A DNA stretch of 64,000 bases from Takakia lepidozioides (GCA_030704615.1 CM060733.1:39866001-39930000); one strand, 5' to 3'. Shown: positions 35,201 through 48,990, counted from the first letter of the stretch. Made by a program: numbers and translations. Notes: a model not told the origin generated them from the letters alone.

Positions 35201-38200
35201 ATACTTCAGGAGATTGGAACAAGCGACGGTGGAGTAGTCGATTGGAGGTAAGCTGCGGAGAAGCGCTATCAGGTAGTGAATGTTGCAACCGGAAAAGACT
35301 ATTTCGAGAGTCTCGAACACCATACAGATGGCCACGTCTGGGATTATTCTTATCAAAGACAAGACATGACTTGGAGTTAAATAGAACTAAATAGCCTTCA
35401 TCAGTAATCTTGCCGACAGACAAGAGATTTTTATGAACACCAGGAACGTACAAAACATTGCGTACCGCTTTATTATCAATGTGAACTGTACCCTTGCCCA
35501 CAATAGGAAGGCTTGCGCCGCTGGCAGTGGTAACACTCGATGAGGAACTGGACTTAGAAGTAAGACTCGTGGAACTAGTCTGATCCCCAATAACATGGTT
35601 GCTGGCACCTGAGTCAACAAACCAGTCTCGAGCTTCATTTTGGTGTTCAGTAAAATTGATTTGAGGGTCCTCCATGTGAAAGTTAGAAGGATCATCAGCT
35701 TCTTCAGAACCGTCGCTGGCAGCATCAATCTCGGCAACATTAGCTTGGTACTTGGAGCGCCGCATACCGGCAGCCTTCAGCTGCAGGGAAGCAATCTGTT
35801 CATCAACCCGCTTCAAGTCGCAGCTAGATTCCCAATGTACTCCAGACTGGCCACAGTAGTTGCAGAAACCGGAACGTCGATTTCCTGACGAATTAGAGCG
35901 TGGAGCACCCCGAGGGTCAACATAACCCCTGGGTTCAGGCTTCTGGAAGCCTCGATTCTTGCTCTTGCCTGCAAAACAATGGAAGCGGGAGGCAATCATG
36001 GCTTCTTCAGTTATATCCTCCCGCTTACCCTTGCGCCAATATTCCTCAGTTTGCAAGCGCTCTACTAAGGTGGAGTAAGACGGAAGAGGAACTCTGGACG
36101 ATTCAGAACCAAAACTTGAAATGAAGGGGCCCCAACCGATGGGAAGACCACGTAACACCAAGTGCATCAATTTGACTTCATCTATCTCAATGTTAATACT
36201 AGCAAGTATGCCGTCAATTTGTTTGAGGTAATCTTCAATCGAAGTTCCCTTAGACATCTTCACTTGCTGCAGCTTCTCTTCGAGATTGCCACCGAATCTT
36301 TACTTGAAATGAATCCAACACTTGATAGGGTACAAGGAGCTTTTGAGACTTCCCCTCTATGGCACAGAGGGTATGAGAATGCGTTTCCCCTCATTAGAGA
36401 GCCCTATAAAAGGGTATGAGAATGCGTTTCCCCTCATTAGAGAGCCCTATAAAAGGGGAAAGTACAATTCCCTTAAAGAATCCGCCTTTGGCTGTTTTCC
36501 AGAGTGGAAGTTGGAGGGGAAGTTGACTCCCCCTAGAAAAATTCCCTCTGTGGCCTTTATAAGAAGGAAACTTGCAGGGAAAGTGTGACATTTTAAGATT
36601 TTAAGTGGAAAAGCAAAAACAAATTAAAAAATTAAAATAAAATAAAAAAGCTGGAGGGGAACGATTCTTTGTAAGGGCTAGGCCGATTTGGAAGGGACAC
36701 TCACATTACCTGTATGAAGGCTATGGGGTGGTTTTGTACTCCTCCGCCGTCTTCATATCAGGCCAAGGGAACAACCTGAACCTATGTAGAATAGGTCTCA
36801 TATCTTGGCAGGAAGTTATCTGCCGCATGCAATGCATCATAGGTGTCTACTTACCATTCTGGATTATTTTGTTGTTACTCTATTGATTTACAGATTTGAG
36901 TATAAAGAATAAAGCTTTAATCCTGCCCTCTACCCTAGTGGCAAACATTGTATCATACTGATGAGGAGATGATGCCATTGTCATGCCCACATCCACAGCC
37001 AGTACCACTACTCCAGCCACTCCAACTACAAGCCACAAGTATAGGTGATTTGCACATACACACCTATGGTCCAGATAAACTATATTCTTGGTGCCTTTGT
37101 CGTTTTTAGCTATTCTTGTATTTAGAGTTCTCATTCATTTTTGGGTGTAAAGGTTTGCTTGAGAGGTATCACGGGTCAGAAATCGCTGCTCCAAGCTATG
37201 AGCGTAGAGTCATTGCAAAACGAGGTGAGGCCTTTAGTAGAGAACGGGAATCGACTCTTGCTAGATTTCTATTTGACTGTCAAGGCACAACCATCCAAAT
37301 GAGGTGGAAGACCAATGACATACATATATGAGACATTCAAAGAGCACAAGCATTCTGAAAACAAGAAGGCTACTGCTTGCAAGGTTCATGTACCTGGTTC
37401 TAGCAAAAATTCAAAGGGTTGTCCTGGTGGTGAATTTCGTTGTAGTACAAATTCAATGGCTTGCCTTGGTAGCAAACTTGTTTCCAGTAGCTCTGACAAG
37501 GTGGACAGTGCCCAATTGAAGGCTTGTCTTGGTATGCTTTTTGGTGACGGAATGTCAATGCAGGTACTAAAAGTTCTTTTGTTGTTTTTGAATTGTGGGG
37601 AAACATGAACTCTATATGTGCTTTGTCAATTCTGCTCAGGAGCTGGAGGGCTTATAAGACAATATTTGTTTCTCTATATGTGCTTTGTCAATTTTGCATC
37701 CTTTCACTGTATTTGCACTGAGTTTGAGTAGCTGTTTGCTTGTCCAGGAGGCCGAAAAGCGTATCAAGCTCGTGTTGCTGATGGGCAGTTAGAATGTGAG
37801 TGTGCATACGTCATGAGGGTCAGGCCAAGTCCAAGGGCTTTAATCTTGACTCATCTTGGCAGGCACTGAAGAGGACAGATTTTGAGCTGGTGATCACTAT
37901 CCCTCCGGCAAGGCAAGCTCTGTTTGATAGGCTCTGTTCTATAGCAGTCTTAGGACATGTGATACTTGAGCACATTGTTCAATCAAAACATGATGCTGTA
38001 AACCTGAGATCCGGTTCTTGGAAGTGCATTTTGAATGACAGAGGTATGGTGTGGGGGGGATTGTGTCATTAACATTTGTCAATGCAATTAAATGCAAAAC
38101 AGTTCCTTGGGCAAAAGTCATGGGAAACAAACCAAGAAGAAAAAAACCTTCTAGGAAAAAATACACGGGGGAAGATTAAATGAAAACCTCAAGGGGAAAA

Positions 38201-38853
38201 GTATAGAGGAAAACCGATTCCGCAAAGGGAAAAATCTCAATAGGGGAAATGTGCATTGGGGAAAATCCAAATAGGGAAAATGCAGTGGGAAGAACACTGG
38301 GGAAAATCAGGAAGGGAAAATCAATGGTGTAATTGTTTCCTGTGAGATCGGTGGAAAGTACACAAACATTTCCACTGTTGCACAGTTCCCTTTGACGTAT
38401 AAATCAGTACGAATATCTAAGGGCATTTTGCCCTTTTCCCCATGAGGGAATCGTTTTAAAGCTCCTTGTGGGTCAGTATCAAATTTATTGATAGTAGGGA
38501 GGAATTTGTCCTTGATAGTGGCAATAAGAATTGATACCCCCTTCACCTTCTTGCGAATGATCTCACGCTGAGTGAGAGCAACCCCAACAACAAACAAAGT
38601 AGCAAGTGCAGCAGGACCAGCTGGAGCGGGATTTCGTTGTGGAGCACCAGGAGTATCCACCACGACACCAGCGTTCACGTTTGCAGCATTGGCACCATTA
38701 ATAGGTTGACTAAACCCGAGTTCCTCCCATACTTCATCACGATGTAGAAGTGTCTTGACACAAATCAACCAAGACATGTAGTATCAACCAAGACATGTAG
38801 TTGCTCAACCCATCCAGCTTATCATTCTCGGAAAAGAGTTTGGCGAGCTCCAT
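32289..38853 (-). pseudogene. Copia gag-PR-IN-RT-RH polyprotein, interrupted at 36332-38469
   Basis: MELAKLFSENDKLDGLSNY; CNYCGQSGVHWESSC; WFVDSGASNH; LWHQRLAH; VHSDLCGP; QNGIAERKNRT; KARLVARG; LLYVDDLL; YADADY; ADQPAN. Many frameshifts. Confidence 0.93.
36332..38469. mobile_element. TIR DNA element of unclear superfamily with a 4-bp TSD
   Basis: TIR ACAAGGAGCTTT / AAAGCTCCTTGT and TSD GGGT. Removal restores gag (..INKFDTDPIKCWIHFK). Tandem repeat of about 44 bp near the left end and GGGAAAA repeats near the right end. Confidence 0.85.
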
Positions 38854-39329
38854 GAGTACCAATACAGTAGATGACAGAAAATGAAATGAAATAACGTCCG
38901 TTAAAAACTCAGACAGCTTGTGGGACAAAATGGGACAAGAGACAGGAAACAAAACCAAAACTATTCTAAAACTATTCTAGTGATTGTCTAAGGGTGAGTG
39001 TCTCGTGCAGGTAGGCTGCCAAGACAGAAAGTATAAAATACAAGAATGAGGATCTTTCACTCAGTCGGTTCGAAATACGGAAGAAAGATTAGACCAGATA
39101 CTAGGCAGAGACGCACGCAGGAACTCTCACTGCTGCATAAACCAAGAAAGATTAGACCAGGCTAAGAGACGCACGCAGGACCTCTCACTGCTGCATAAAC
39201 CAAGATCAGAGAGAGAAGACTCCGGCCGAGGCCAGTGTAACTAAGAGCCACTTTGCCTTGCGGCTACTGCCCCTTTTCGGGGGTGGACCCTATAACAGAA
39301 AAATGTCCAGGTGGACATCATGTGACCGC

Positions 39330-40500
39330 TGAGAATAGAGGGGGCGAAGATACCCCTGGGTACCCTGGGGGACCTAAGGTGCATTTGAAGTGCCGGATTT
39401 CAGTTGGCGTTTGTTGGTGATAATAGCTGTGAATGAACGAAGTGCCGTGAGATGGATTTCCTTGAAACATTTGTGGATGGAAAGAATGGGAATTTGGAAG
39501 TTATTGTGTATGTCCTTGATACTGGTGTTGTGAATGCCACCTCGAGTGCTGGCTGTGATGACAGTTAACGGGCCGATTTTCCAGCCACGCCTTCAGAGTG
39601 CAAGGATAAGCGGGACACATTTTTGACGTTTTTCTAAGATTGAATCATTTGGAAAACGATCATGGCAAAATGCGAATTCAATGAAATGGATGGTGAATTG
39701 TGGGGATGGTGAGGTGGGGGGTAAAGTATTGATAGGTAGACCTTGGACGAGGAGTATGTCCGGGCAAAGTCGAGCGGGGCATGAGCATGGTGATCGGGTA
39801 CATATGCATGGTAGTAACCATGGCGGTACTGTGTGGTCGGGTGGCCGTCCTTGGTAGGTGTCTGCATTCATGAGCGAGAATTAGTGGGTTTCAGTATGTT
39901 TTAGAAAGATATTGTGGAGGTGCCAGACTGCCTGGTTATGACGCGTGATATGCAAGCCATGTATAACTGGCTGTGTACATTAGCTGAGGAGATGTGGCCA
40001 AGTGTCACGAACTTGGTGGATGGTTGCACATAACGGGCAGTATGGGGATGGGAACAGATCTAGCCAGAAGATGTGTTTGCGCTGGTGGCCCATGAATTGG
40101 GCATATCGGAATTTGAGTGTTTGTCGGATTTGTGCGTCAGTGGTGGCTTGGTTAGCAGAAATGATTGGAGAGTTTATGGTTCAGTACATTGGATTGAGTC
40201 CATTTTTTGATGTGTACTTTGGTATGGCTGATGGAGGCTGCCGTTTGTTTATTTGCTTCTTTGGTCAGAGTGGTCGAGAGGTTTCGGATTGGTCTGGGTG
40301 TAGAGGGGTCCGGAACGGGGTGTATGAACCAGAAGGGTTGGGTGTGGGCAATGTGAATAGGGTCGTTCGAGGGTTCAACTATGGGTTGGGGGCCGCCGAG
40401 TTGGGCGAGTAGGTCTGCTTCTTCGTTACCATGGATGCCAGTATGCGAACGGACTTTGAGTATATGGACTGGGTGGCCTAGGGAGATGGCCACCAAGATC
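39330..40500 (-). mobile_element. 5'-truncated non-LTR retrotransposon with RNase H, Zn finger and RLE (Dualen/RandI-like)
   Basis: KVRSHTGIHGNEEADLLA (RNase H end); YCPLC..DTWPHLLS.C..RHNQAV; RLCPDILLVQG..IHFIEF (PD..E nuclease). Lies in the Copia leader. Confidence 0.72.
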
Positions 40501-40786
40501 AAGAGTACTAACTGGATCTCTCACAGTAGCATAGTGATCCTAGGAAGAGCACGCGCGTGCTCTGATACCATGATAAAATAGAGCACAACAACCCAACGGG
40601 CAAATATAAAGAAGAGTCAGTATGCTAACAAACAAGGAAGACTGAAAGATAAGACCGAGAAGTTAGCTAACACTAACCCAAATCTAAGGCGTATCCTAAG
40701 GGACAATGAACACTAGTTAACTATGTGAGACAAGCGCTTCAGGGCACCTTTTTCCACACTTCTCTGGAAAACTTGCCATGCCGACC

Positions 40787-41070
40787 CAGCGTTTATTTTG
40801 CTGGAGAATTTTCGCCAAATTTCGACCTCAGAAAAACAAAAGGAATATTCTGTCACAAATTCCCTATTTTTTCATGGATGAAATCGCCAAATTTCTCCAA
40901 ATGAAAAAAAACTTATGGATGAATTCGCCAAATATGGATGATATAAATGGATTTGTACAGAAATGGATGAATCTGTCCTAATTTCAATGGATGAACAGAA
41001 TGTATGGCTATTTTTTGCCAAACTTTGTAGCCACTCGCGCTTTTTTTCAAATTCCAGAAAAAAAACACTG
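40787..41070. mobile_element. MITE, hAT-type by TSD
   Basis: Termini CAGCGTTTT / AAAACACTG; 8-bp TSD TGCCGACC/TGCCCACC; empty site in the paralogous segment at about 45535. Confidence 0.85.
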
Positions 41071-43241
41071 TGCCCACCGGCTCTTCTCAAGTAGGCTTTA
41101 ACAATCATTCTATTTAACTACAATGAGCGGGCCTAAGGAGATGGAGAGACCGAAGTTGAAAGACACGCGCGAGGTTGACCTTCTGCCATGCCTTTGACAA
41201 CGTCCTCCACATGTGGGGACAGCTGCGTGCTACGTCATTTCAAGAAAAGGTACGTATGTAGAGAGTGATGTCCAAGCTGCACCCCTCCTAACTACCTATG
41301 CATGATTAATAAGGCTGTAGCGTTGTTTCTCAAGCAGCTGGTCGGGCTATAAAAGTATATTCAAGTCTGTTCTGAAAGGAAGGAAAGAAATAACTCTATA
41401 TAGCGTTTATGGAAAGCTGCACAGATCAAGCTTATCCAGGACAAAAGAAAGCAGGATACAAACAACGAATGTCAACTATGGGACCCACAACTATCAGTCC
41501 AGACTCAAAGACACTTTTACCTATTCAACGTAGCGTTTTCTGATCCCTTAAGTGAAAGAACGAAATAGCGCCCGCTGCAAGCTCAAAAGTTTATGGGACG
41601 AAAGGTGCAAGAAATTCTTGAGAGTGGTCCGAATCTAAACAAGCCGAGATAGACGATCTCTGTTAAATCCGCTGTCTCTGAAGAGGCAGTGGTAGCAGCC
41701 CTAGTAAAGCGGACAGCGATTCAAGAACAAAGGTTCCTCACTCTTAATCTCCAGCTCATCTCATGTCTGTTCTAGCACAAGCATTATAAGCGTTCACCAG
41801 CGTTCTCCCTGCTGTAACACTAATTACATCTCGCCTTAAGCTCTTGGACATGATAGAGGGATGCATGCATAGTACTTGTCTCATTCCTTGGAGATTCCTG
41901 GATATGATTTAGTTAGTGACCGAAGTTCTAAGTCAATGCCCGCAAGTGACCTGTAGAAGCCTGCAAGGCAACATCTGACCCTTTGTAATTCGTAGAAGCA
42001 GCAAAGGGGAAAAACTAAATGTAGTCTATGTCTAGTCCTAGTCAATGTAGTCTAAATCTACAGACCTGTCTAATTGCCGAACTTGAGGAGGCAGCCTGGC
42101 AGTGGTTGGGGCTTTGTGCCTTGCCTCTGCAAGTAACCAAGGTGATCCCAGGTGGGTTCAATCCTTCAACATGCGTCTTTGAACAACCGTCCATTGGCGA
42201 TGGGCTGTGCTTTAGAGCAGTAAGCTTTGTGAATCCGCTAGTGTTAAACAAACTATATATTCAAACTTTTTGTGCCAATACTCGATTTTGCATCTACAGT
42301 GTCTTAATTCAGCTTCTGCACTCTACACTCCTTGGTAGTATTATTTCTCTATATGCAAGCTCAGGACTAGTAAAGCGGTTTTTGTCACTCGACTTTGCAT
42401 CTACAGTGTCTTTATTCAACGTCTGCACTCTGCACTCCTTGGTAGTATTATTTCTGATCTGTATGCAAATGCAATCTCATTCCTTTGCTATAAGTAGTCC
42501 TGAAGTGAAATGGACACCATGGAGCCCTGCGGGATCGAGTAAGAACCAGGGATCACAACACTCCCATCTGTCCGTCTCCATCAGCTCAGACTGTGGGATC
42601 CTCAGCAATGCGCGGATGGGGATGTAGAAAGCGGTGCAAACAAGTGGCTTACACGTATGATTTTGTCATCTCGGGGGACCAGGAAGGGATCACATGTGAT
42701 AGAAATGCAGCCTGATTGTACCTTGTTCACACTGTCAAGAAAACTCCTGAGAGGCGGATTACAATCATCAGATCTCTGCAGCTCGTCGGCTCTAGTTTCA
42801 ACTTGATCTGCAAGTCTGCTCGAACTCTGCTAGACCCCTCGGGCACCTTCCTTTGTATCGCTACTAAATATTTAACCCGCATTGCAAACTCTTACCCAGT
42901 TATACAATTTAGAGCTCTGAATATTGAGCACTTTTATTAATAGACGTCCGATACAATCATTAATCTCAAAACTAGTAATCTAAGAACTAGTAAGTTATTT
43001 CAAGGGGGATGGATCCTGGCTGACCCCTGACCGCAACCTCATGTGGATGCAACACTAAAGCTGCACGGTATACGAGCTTAATTTCCAATCTTTCGGCTTG
43101 GTCAGATATATAAACGCATTACTCGCTTTCAGAGACCTACAGATCTATAGAGAAGAAAAGCTCGTTGGACATTGCGACTGTTGAGTTCAAGAAGGTCGCA
43201 ATGCGTGATCCACCTGACCTTGTTTGTTCGTCGTACTAGGC

Positions 43242-43799
43242 TTAGAATCCATGATGTCCTTTGCTATGTCGAGGACCCCACAGGAAATAAGCGGTCCACT
43301 CGTTTATATCGTACCCTTTGCCGACTACGATGGTTTCGGTGACGATATAGCCCTTGACCAGGTTCAGGAAGTCGCCGGTGCCACCACTGATGGCCAGAGT
43401 GCTTGATTTAGCATAGACATCGATGATACCTTGGATGTTGAACGTCCCATTGTAGGGGGTGGTGAATTTAGCAGTGGCGACTATCAAGATTCTGTAGGTG
43501 GCGGTCTGGTAGTGATACGTTGAGGACCCAACCATTACACCATACAATGTGGAATTCACGTCTTGCGTCGCAGTCGCATACTCTTCAAACACAGCCACTC
43601 TTCCTAAGGTCGAATTTGTAAGCTCCACAATGGTGTCATTCAATTCCAACCCATAAGTTTCTTTCTGGTACCAAGTGAGATTCGTGGTCTTGAAGGCGGA
43701 TTTAAATTTATGTTCGGCCATCACAGGCGTACCCAGCATCAAAATCGCCAGAAATCCCACTACCACAAGAGGCCCCATGGCTGCCTGCAGTTTGGCCAT
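43242..43799 (-). CDS. Dirigent-family (DIR) secreted protein, 185 aa, intronless
   Basis: Hydrophobic signal peptide, LGRVAVFEE, YNGTFNIQG, LAISGGTGDFLNLVKGY and several N-x-S/T sites; intact ORF. Confidence 0.85.
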   Translation of the reverse strand: MAKLQAAMGPLVVVGFLAILMLGTPVMAEHKFKSAFKTTNLTWYQKETYGLELNDTIVELTNSTLGRVAVFEEYATATQDVNSTLYGVMVGSSTYHYQTATYRILIVATAKFTTPYNGTFNIQGIIDVYAKSSTLAISGGTGDFLNLVKGYIVTETIVVGKGYDINEWTAYFLWGPRHSKGHHGF

Positions 43800-45475
43800 C
43801 GCCCAACGTGCGCAAAGTGGATGCAGCCCCTCGCACACTTACTCTCCTCCTCTCTTTCTCCCTCCTCCTTGGATCAATTGAGCTGCTGTACTTGGATCAC
43901 TCAGAGAAAAAATCGCACTCTCTCTCTATATATATTCTACCTCCCAAGCCTCTCGCTCTTTGGACTGTAGATCTCTTTCGAGTTTAATCAACTCGCAGGT
44001 ATGGGGAGTACAGATTGCATGAAGAGGAAGGGCAAAGGCCCTTTTATGCAACGGCGAGCGACAGTGTGAAGCCCCCGGGGCGGTGACTAGCGCAATCTTA
44101 TCGTCTCTTGCCTGGAAACTAGTGTCGCAGGGCCCCATCACAACATCGCCGAGAAGCCTGGGTCAGAACCACAGACGCCACAAACGCGCTCCTTCATATT
44201 GACCCCGGGATAAGAAAGGCCGAGGTCAAGATTCTATATCGGAAACATTGGGCTCTAACCCGGGATGAATATTCCCTATCTGAGCTTATTGTTATCCCAC
44301 AGTCTTAGATAGAAATAGAATATTCTGTCCAGTGGATACATGTGTAAAGGAGTATTCCTATACCCCGTAGACCGAGTTTGTGCTCTTGACATGTACGCTT
44401 ATCTCCGGGAGAGACTTTTTCGCACAGTGTCTGCAGCATTTTCTCTCTCGTGTCGTGAACGCAACCATTTTGACTTGCACACGATCCCATCTCCGCAATC
44501 CTTCACGCAATATAACAGCGATGAGTCATACGCAGAGAGCTTTTTTTTCTCACGAATTTAAAGGGAAACACCCTGAGCGACCGCTCACAAATCAGGCTGC
44601 CCCTTCCCTACTCTAAGAGGATGCTTAATCTAAAACGCTTGGTGCAACAAGCGAGTCTTGACCTTCAAAATTTCTACGCAGCAATGTTGGGTACTTATTT
44701 GATAGTGACATAGGTACTCATGTACAGAAAATATATACATGGGTTCTTTCAACAGGGCTGAGACGTAATGTGATGAAGATCTCAGATGAACTCTCATCCT
44801 CCAGTGTGGCGGACTCGTGAAACGACCGCGCATCTCACCGCGCGGTTCCCACTGTGGATGCCGTGCCCGGACCGCGGTCAACGTATGTACCACATTCTCT
44901 TACGCACATATCGTCGCCCTCCAATCTAGCCGCCACAGTGCGACCGTGGGACCATCGGACAGTCCTCAAGATTGGATGTTTGAAAGAAGCCGACGGAGAT
45001 AAGTAAAGTGATCAGGGCGCAACGCTCTCGCTTCACCACACCTGGTACTTAAACAGTGTTGTCGGGAAGCCATTGCCCTGCAGCTCATCATCCCTCGTCA
45101 TCTTCCGGCTGTGGTTGCATTTAGAATGAAATCTTGTAGCGATCGAGCATCTCGAAGGGCCTTGTCAATTAGATTTCTTTACGCACAGGAAGTTGTACTG
45201 TGGATGTACATAATGTTTTCCACTTTAAGTCGAGGAAGTTGAGTACTTCGCTGATCTGTAGTTAACTTTTTTCACAGTGTTTCTTAACCTGCAGCGTCCT
45301 AGGTCCTTCAGCCTAAGGAGGCATGGTTTGATAACGAGACGTAGCTACGGGGGTAGACAAAATCAGACCACCTAAAAGGACCCAAACAAGTACGATGGCT
45401 CATCTAATGGTCTGGAGAGGTTGATCACTAGAAATTTCCATTTCGGCTCTTCTAAGTACTGTCGGTCAGATGCCC

Positions 45476-45670
45476 TGGATCTGTTATTTACGTCACTTTC
45501 ACCATGGTCACGCCCTTCTCTGCGAAACTCGGCATGCCCACCGGCTTTTCTCAAGTAAGCTTCAAACCAACAAATCATTCTAATTAACTACAATCAGCGG
45601 GCCTAGGAGATGGAGAGACTGAAGTTGAAAGACCCACGCCAGGTTGACCTTCTGCCATGCCTTTGACAAT
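45476..45670 (+). repeat. Local duplicate of the segment 31700-31741 + 40764-40786 + 41079-41205
   Basis: ctggatctgttattta, caccatggtcacg.ccttct, tgcccaccggct.ttctcaagta and gaccttctgccatgcctttgacaa are all present, without the Copia or MITE insertions. Confidence 0.8.
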
Positions 45671-47101
45671 ATCAGGTACCTCTGTTGGATATAAGGTATT
45701 AGACCAAGATATTAACTTAGCAGTGCTAAAGATGGATGGTGTTTGATTTAGTGCTTTATCCCATTTGGGTGGTGCTTAAATTGACCCTCGATTGATTTGG
45801 CCAATGATATACTGGGCAAGGCTAAGGGTGGCTTGTGGATTGATTTATCTTAATTGGTAAAGCACTGTTTTAGGTAACCAAGATGATCTATACTCAACTA
45901 GGATACTAAAGTATGACGCCTCCCCAAGGAAGTGTAACTTATGGAGTCACTTCACGCAGAAGGGCAACCAAGATACTATATTGGTATCTAATTGGTATTG
46001 ATATTGATGGAAGGAGTGGTGTTAACCTTCATTGAAAACTTTTTCCATATTGATATATGTGGGTGGATATTTATGATTGCACGAAACAAGCAGCCAGACT
46101 GCCCACATAAGGAGGAGCAGTTTTAGAGTAGAGGGGATTGATAGACAGACTTTGAGATATATTGATAGATTGATGATCTAGATTTCAAATTATAGATGCA
46201 TGGTGTGGCGATTGGGCGGACTGGACAGATTACAGTACTATGCTTAGTTGAGATTTGATGTACCCTGAACTAGTAGGACGGAACTATGAAGCATTGTAAA
46301 GGAACGTTTTATATGGCTTCAGAGCCTCAGGTTGATTTGAATTTCTTATGAGCCAACTTACTTACGGTTTTGGTAGCTCTAGATTGGGATCCAAGAGTAG
46401 TACTAGATCCTTGCCGCAAGATACAATTAGGTCAGGACAGGAACAGACTCTTATGGTGCCTGATATAACAGTTCATGTCGAGGTAGTGTCGTGCCCTTCA
46501 TCTAGCGCTGAAGCCGATAGTGCATACCTACTGCAGCACTAAGGCTTTTACCTAAAACGTTAGCTCATGCAAAAATGACAGAGTGATGCGAAATGAAGAC
46601 ATAAATACAGACAGAAGTCATATTTGCAAATGCATACAAGCCTTGAAATTGAGGAACGAGCGTTCAATGACATTACCAGGCATGTATGCAGGAATTGTGT
46701 TACATAAATGTGTGGGAACACAGTAGGTGTGGCACTTGGCACATGCCCAGAACCAAAACTGGACTACATTGACGCATGGTCTCAATCACTACAACTATCC
46801 CCTGAAACTGTGGCACTATCATCCACGAAAACCCGAGCTCCTAGGTGCATTTTCTACTTCCGAGCACACGGGGGAGATTTGTTCAACAATTGCTGTCGAG
46901 CAATGGCCTCAGCGTACTCTAGCAGGATGTACGAACGTGGAGGGTTGCACCAGAAGTCGGACTGAAAAACACGACGTTGTGCAAAGGAACAGCTTCCAAT
47001 ATCTTGACAACCAACGTGAACGCAATGCAACAGCGAACATAGAAGAAAAGGGAATGGTGGGGGGTTGTGTTCGAAAACTAAGATTCATACATAATTTCAA
47101 C

Positions 47102-48990
47102 TTACTCACATGCGAAATCGTCGTCCAGGTCTTTGTCGTCCCCTTCGTTCATATCCACATGCACTGTACCCTCATGTTCCTGGAAGGCAGGGGCTGGCCC
47201 TTGCAAGCCTGCAATGATGTCATTGAAAATATCCGCATCCCCTTCCATACCAAACAAATGCCTGCCCCCAGCCTTGTGGTACGAAGCGCCTGCAAGACGA
47301 TGTACTGTTAGCAAGATATAACAAACTTTGCAACAAGAAGAGAATACCAGAGATTGATCGGGGTCTAACCTGTCCCAAGAGTGAGGTCCACGATGCGCGA
47401 CCCTGGATGAGAGCATGTCTCTATAAGTGTCTGAATAAAAGCTTGGCTCTTCTCCTTCGCCCCTCTCCATGGTGTGGAATTAGACTTTCTCAAACACACA
47501 TTAGAATCCACATAGTTGTAGTGAATGTCGTCCACCACAGGATCAAACCTGTCGTTGATAAAACAGCCTCCCCCATGAAGCCTGAATTCCTTCACTGACG
47601 CTAGAGTCAAAGTTGGGCGAATCCTGACGAGGCACATGGCTTCAAAAAGGCGGGTCTGCTCAAAAAGACATCACAAATCAGATAAGATATGATTCAAAAT
47701 CCCACTCAAATGAGAGCGATTGCACCCATCCGAAATTGAATGCATCAACGCACTCAATTCCGGAGGGGCCAAATTGCAAACAAATTGAAGCAGGAAAGAG
47801 AAGGAGGATTACCATTTGTCCCAGGCAGTCACCTTTTGTCAGATACAGGCTGTTCACACCATTCCACGTTTTGATGATCTTCATCCTCGATGGACTGAAT
47901 CATCACCAGAACCCCTCCATCCGACAGAAAGAACTTGCAAAAAGAGAAGACCCACCGCCAGTACATTTCGTCAAATGCATTCCGGGTTGGGCAAGTGCCA
48001 GTGGGGAGAATGTCTGGTACCGCCTGCCCGTCTGGAATGTCAACAATCACCATGTCTGCAGCACATGGCTTTTGAGCACCATTCACCCAATCCTGCCCCG
48101 ACGAAACCTGCAAACAGCACCGACAAAAATCAAAACCACATCTAAGATGGGAAATTTGCAACAGTAAAGGTGGGAATTTTGCAACAGTGAAGATGGAAAA
48201 TTTGCTTACCGACTTCAGAAAAGCACTCATCTTAACCCACGTTGGAGAGGGATCTCCGGTGTAACCACCTTTCCTGGTCTCCATCATGGCAAGGAAGGAG
48301 TCGTTCACAAGCTCGCATCTGCACTATCGGTTGATTTGGGATGGGTGCTCCACTGCGTCGTATGGCTCAAACTTCCCCTTGCATTTGCGATCCTTGGTTG
48401 CAATTGGGGTCTGGGAACCAACACCTACTGCAGCATCCCCTTGGGCGCTCTTCTCCTTGCCTTTGTCCTTTGTGCCCTTTCCCTTCCCCTTCCCTCTCGC
48501 CGGAGTGTTAGTGGCTGCAGGTTCCTTCTCAATAAGGTTTCGCAGGTTTCTATCATGCAGTTCCCTGTCTGTTAGAGGAGCCAAGGACTCCGCATTGTCA
48601 TTCTAGTTCCGTGTCTGCAACTCATACCATGGGCAATCTGATTTGGGTATGTCGAGATACCAGAAGCTTCACTGTTGGGTCAGAATTCCAAATCTCCAAC
48701 CATTTAACTTTCTGCTTGGAATCCACCACTGCAGTTGACAAGCGATGCAACTTTTCCTGTGTCATCTCTGGCTTGGTATTGTTGTTCCAGTGGTTCCTCA
48801 CCTCGTTCAAGAATTGAGGCCCAAAGGCAGGGTCAGCTATTCTCAGTTGTTTCGCAAAGGCGCTCATGATCTTCTTCCGGGTCTCATTATCTTTAACTTC
48901 ATTGCTTCAGCCACTCCCTTCGATGTTCTCATCCCCTCAGGGGTTTTGAAGTAGTACTCTGTTTTAGCCCTCTCCCCAGCCTCCGCTATC
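47102..48990 (-). pseudogene. Spliced beta-class amino (N6-A/N4-C) DNA methyltransferase-like gene, 3' part
   Basis: ADMVIVDIPDG (DPPY-equivalent), FCKFFLSDGGVLVMI, then PWRGAKEKSQAFIQTLIETCSHPGSRIVDLTLGTG|ASYH..GRHLFGMEGD (SAM-binding region). GT-AG introns; frameshifted. Confidence 0.75.

Larger units (their letters stand above)
31742..40758 (-). mobile_element. Ty1/copia LTR retrotransposon (degenerate) with two nested insertions
   Basis: LTRs at 31742-31946 and 40571-40758 (TG..CA), 5-bp TSD CTTCT, PBS at 40559-40570 (reverse complement of TGGTATCAGAGC), PPT at 31947-31955. Confidence 0.96.

Noticed and set aside
45683-46470. Possible solo LTR (TGTTGG..TAACA)
   Set aside because: Flanks ACCTC/GTTCA are not a TSD and there is no second copy in the window.
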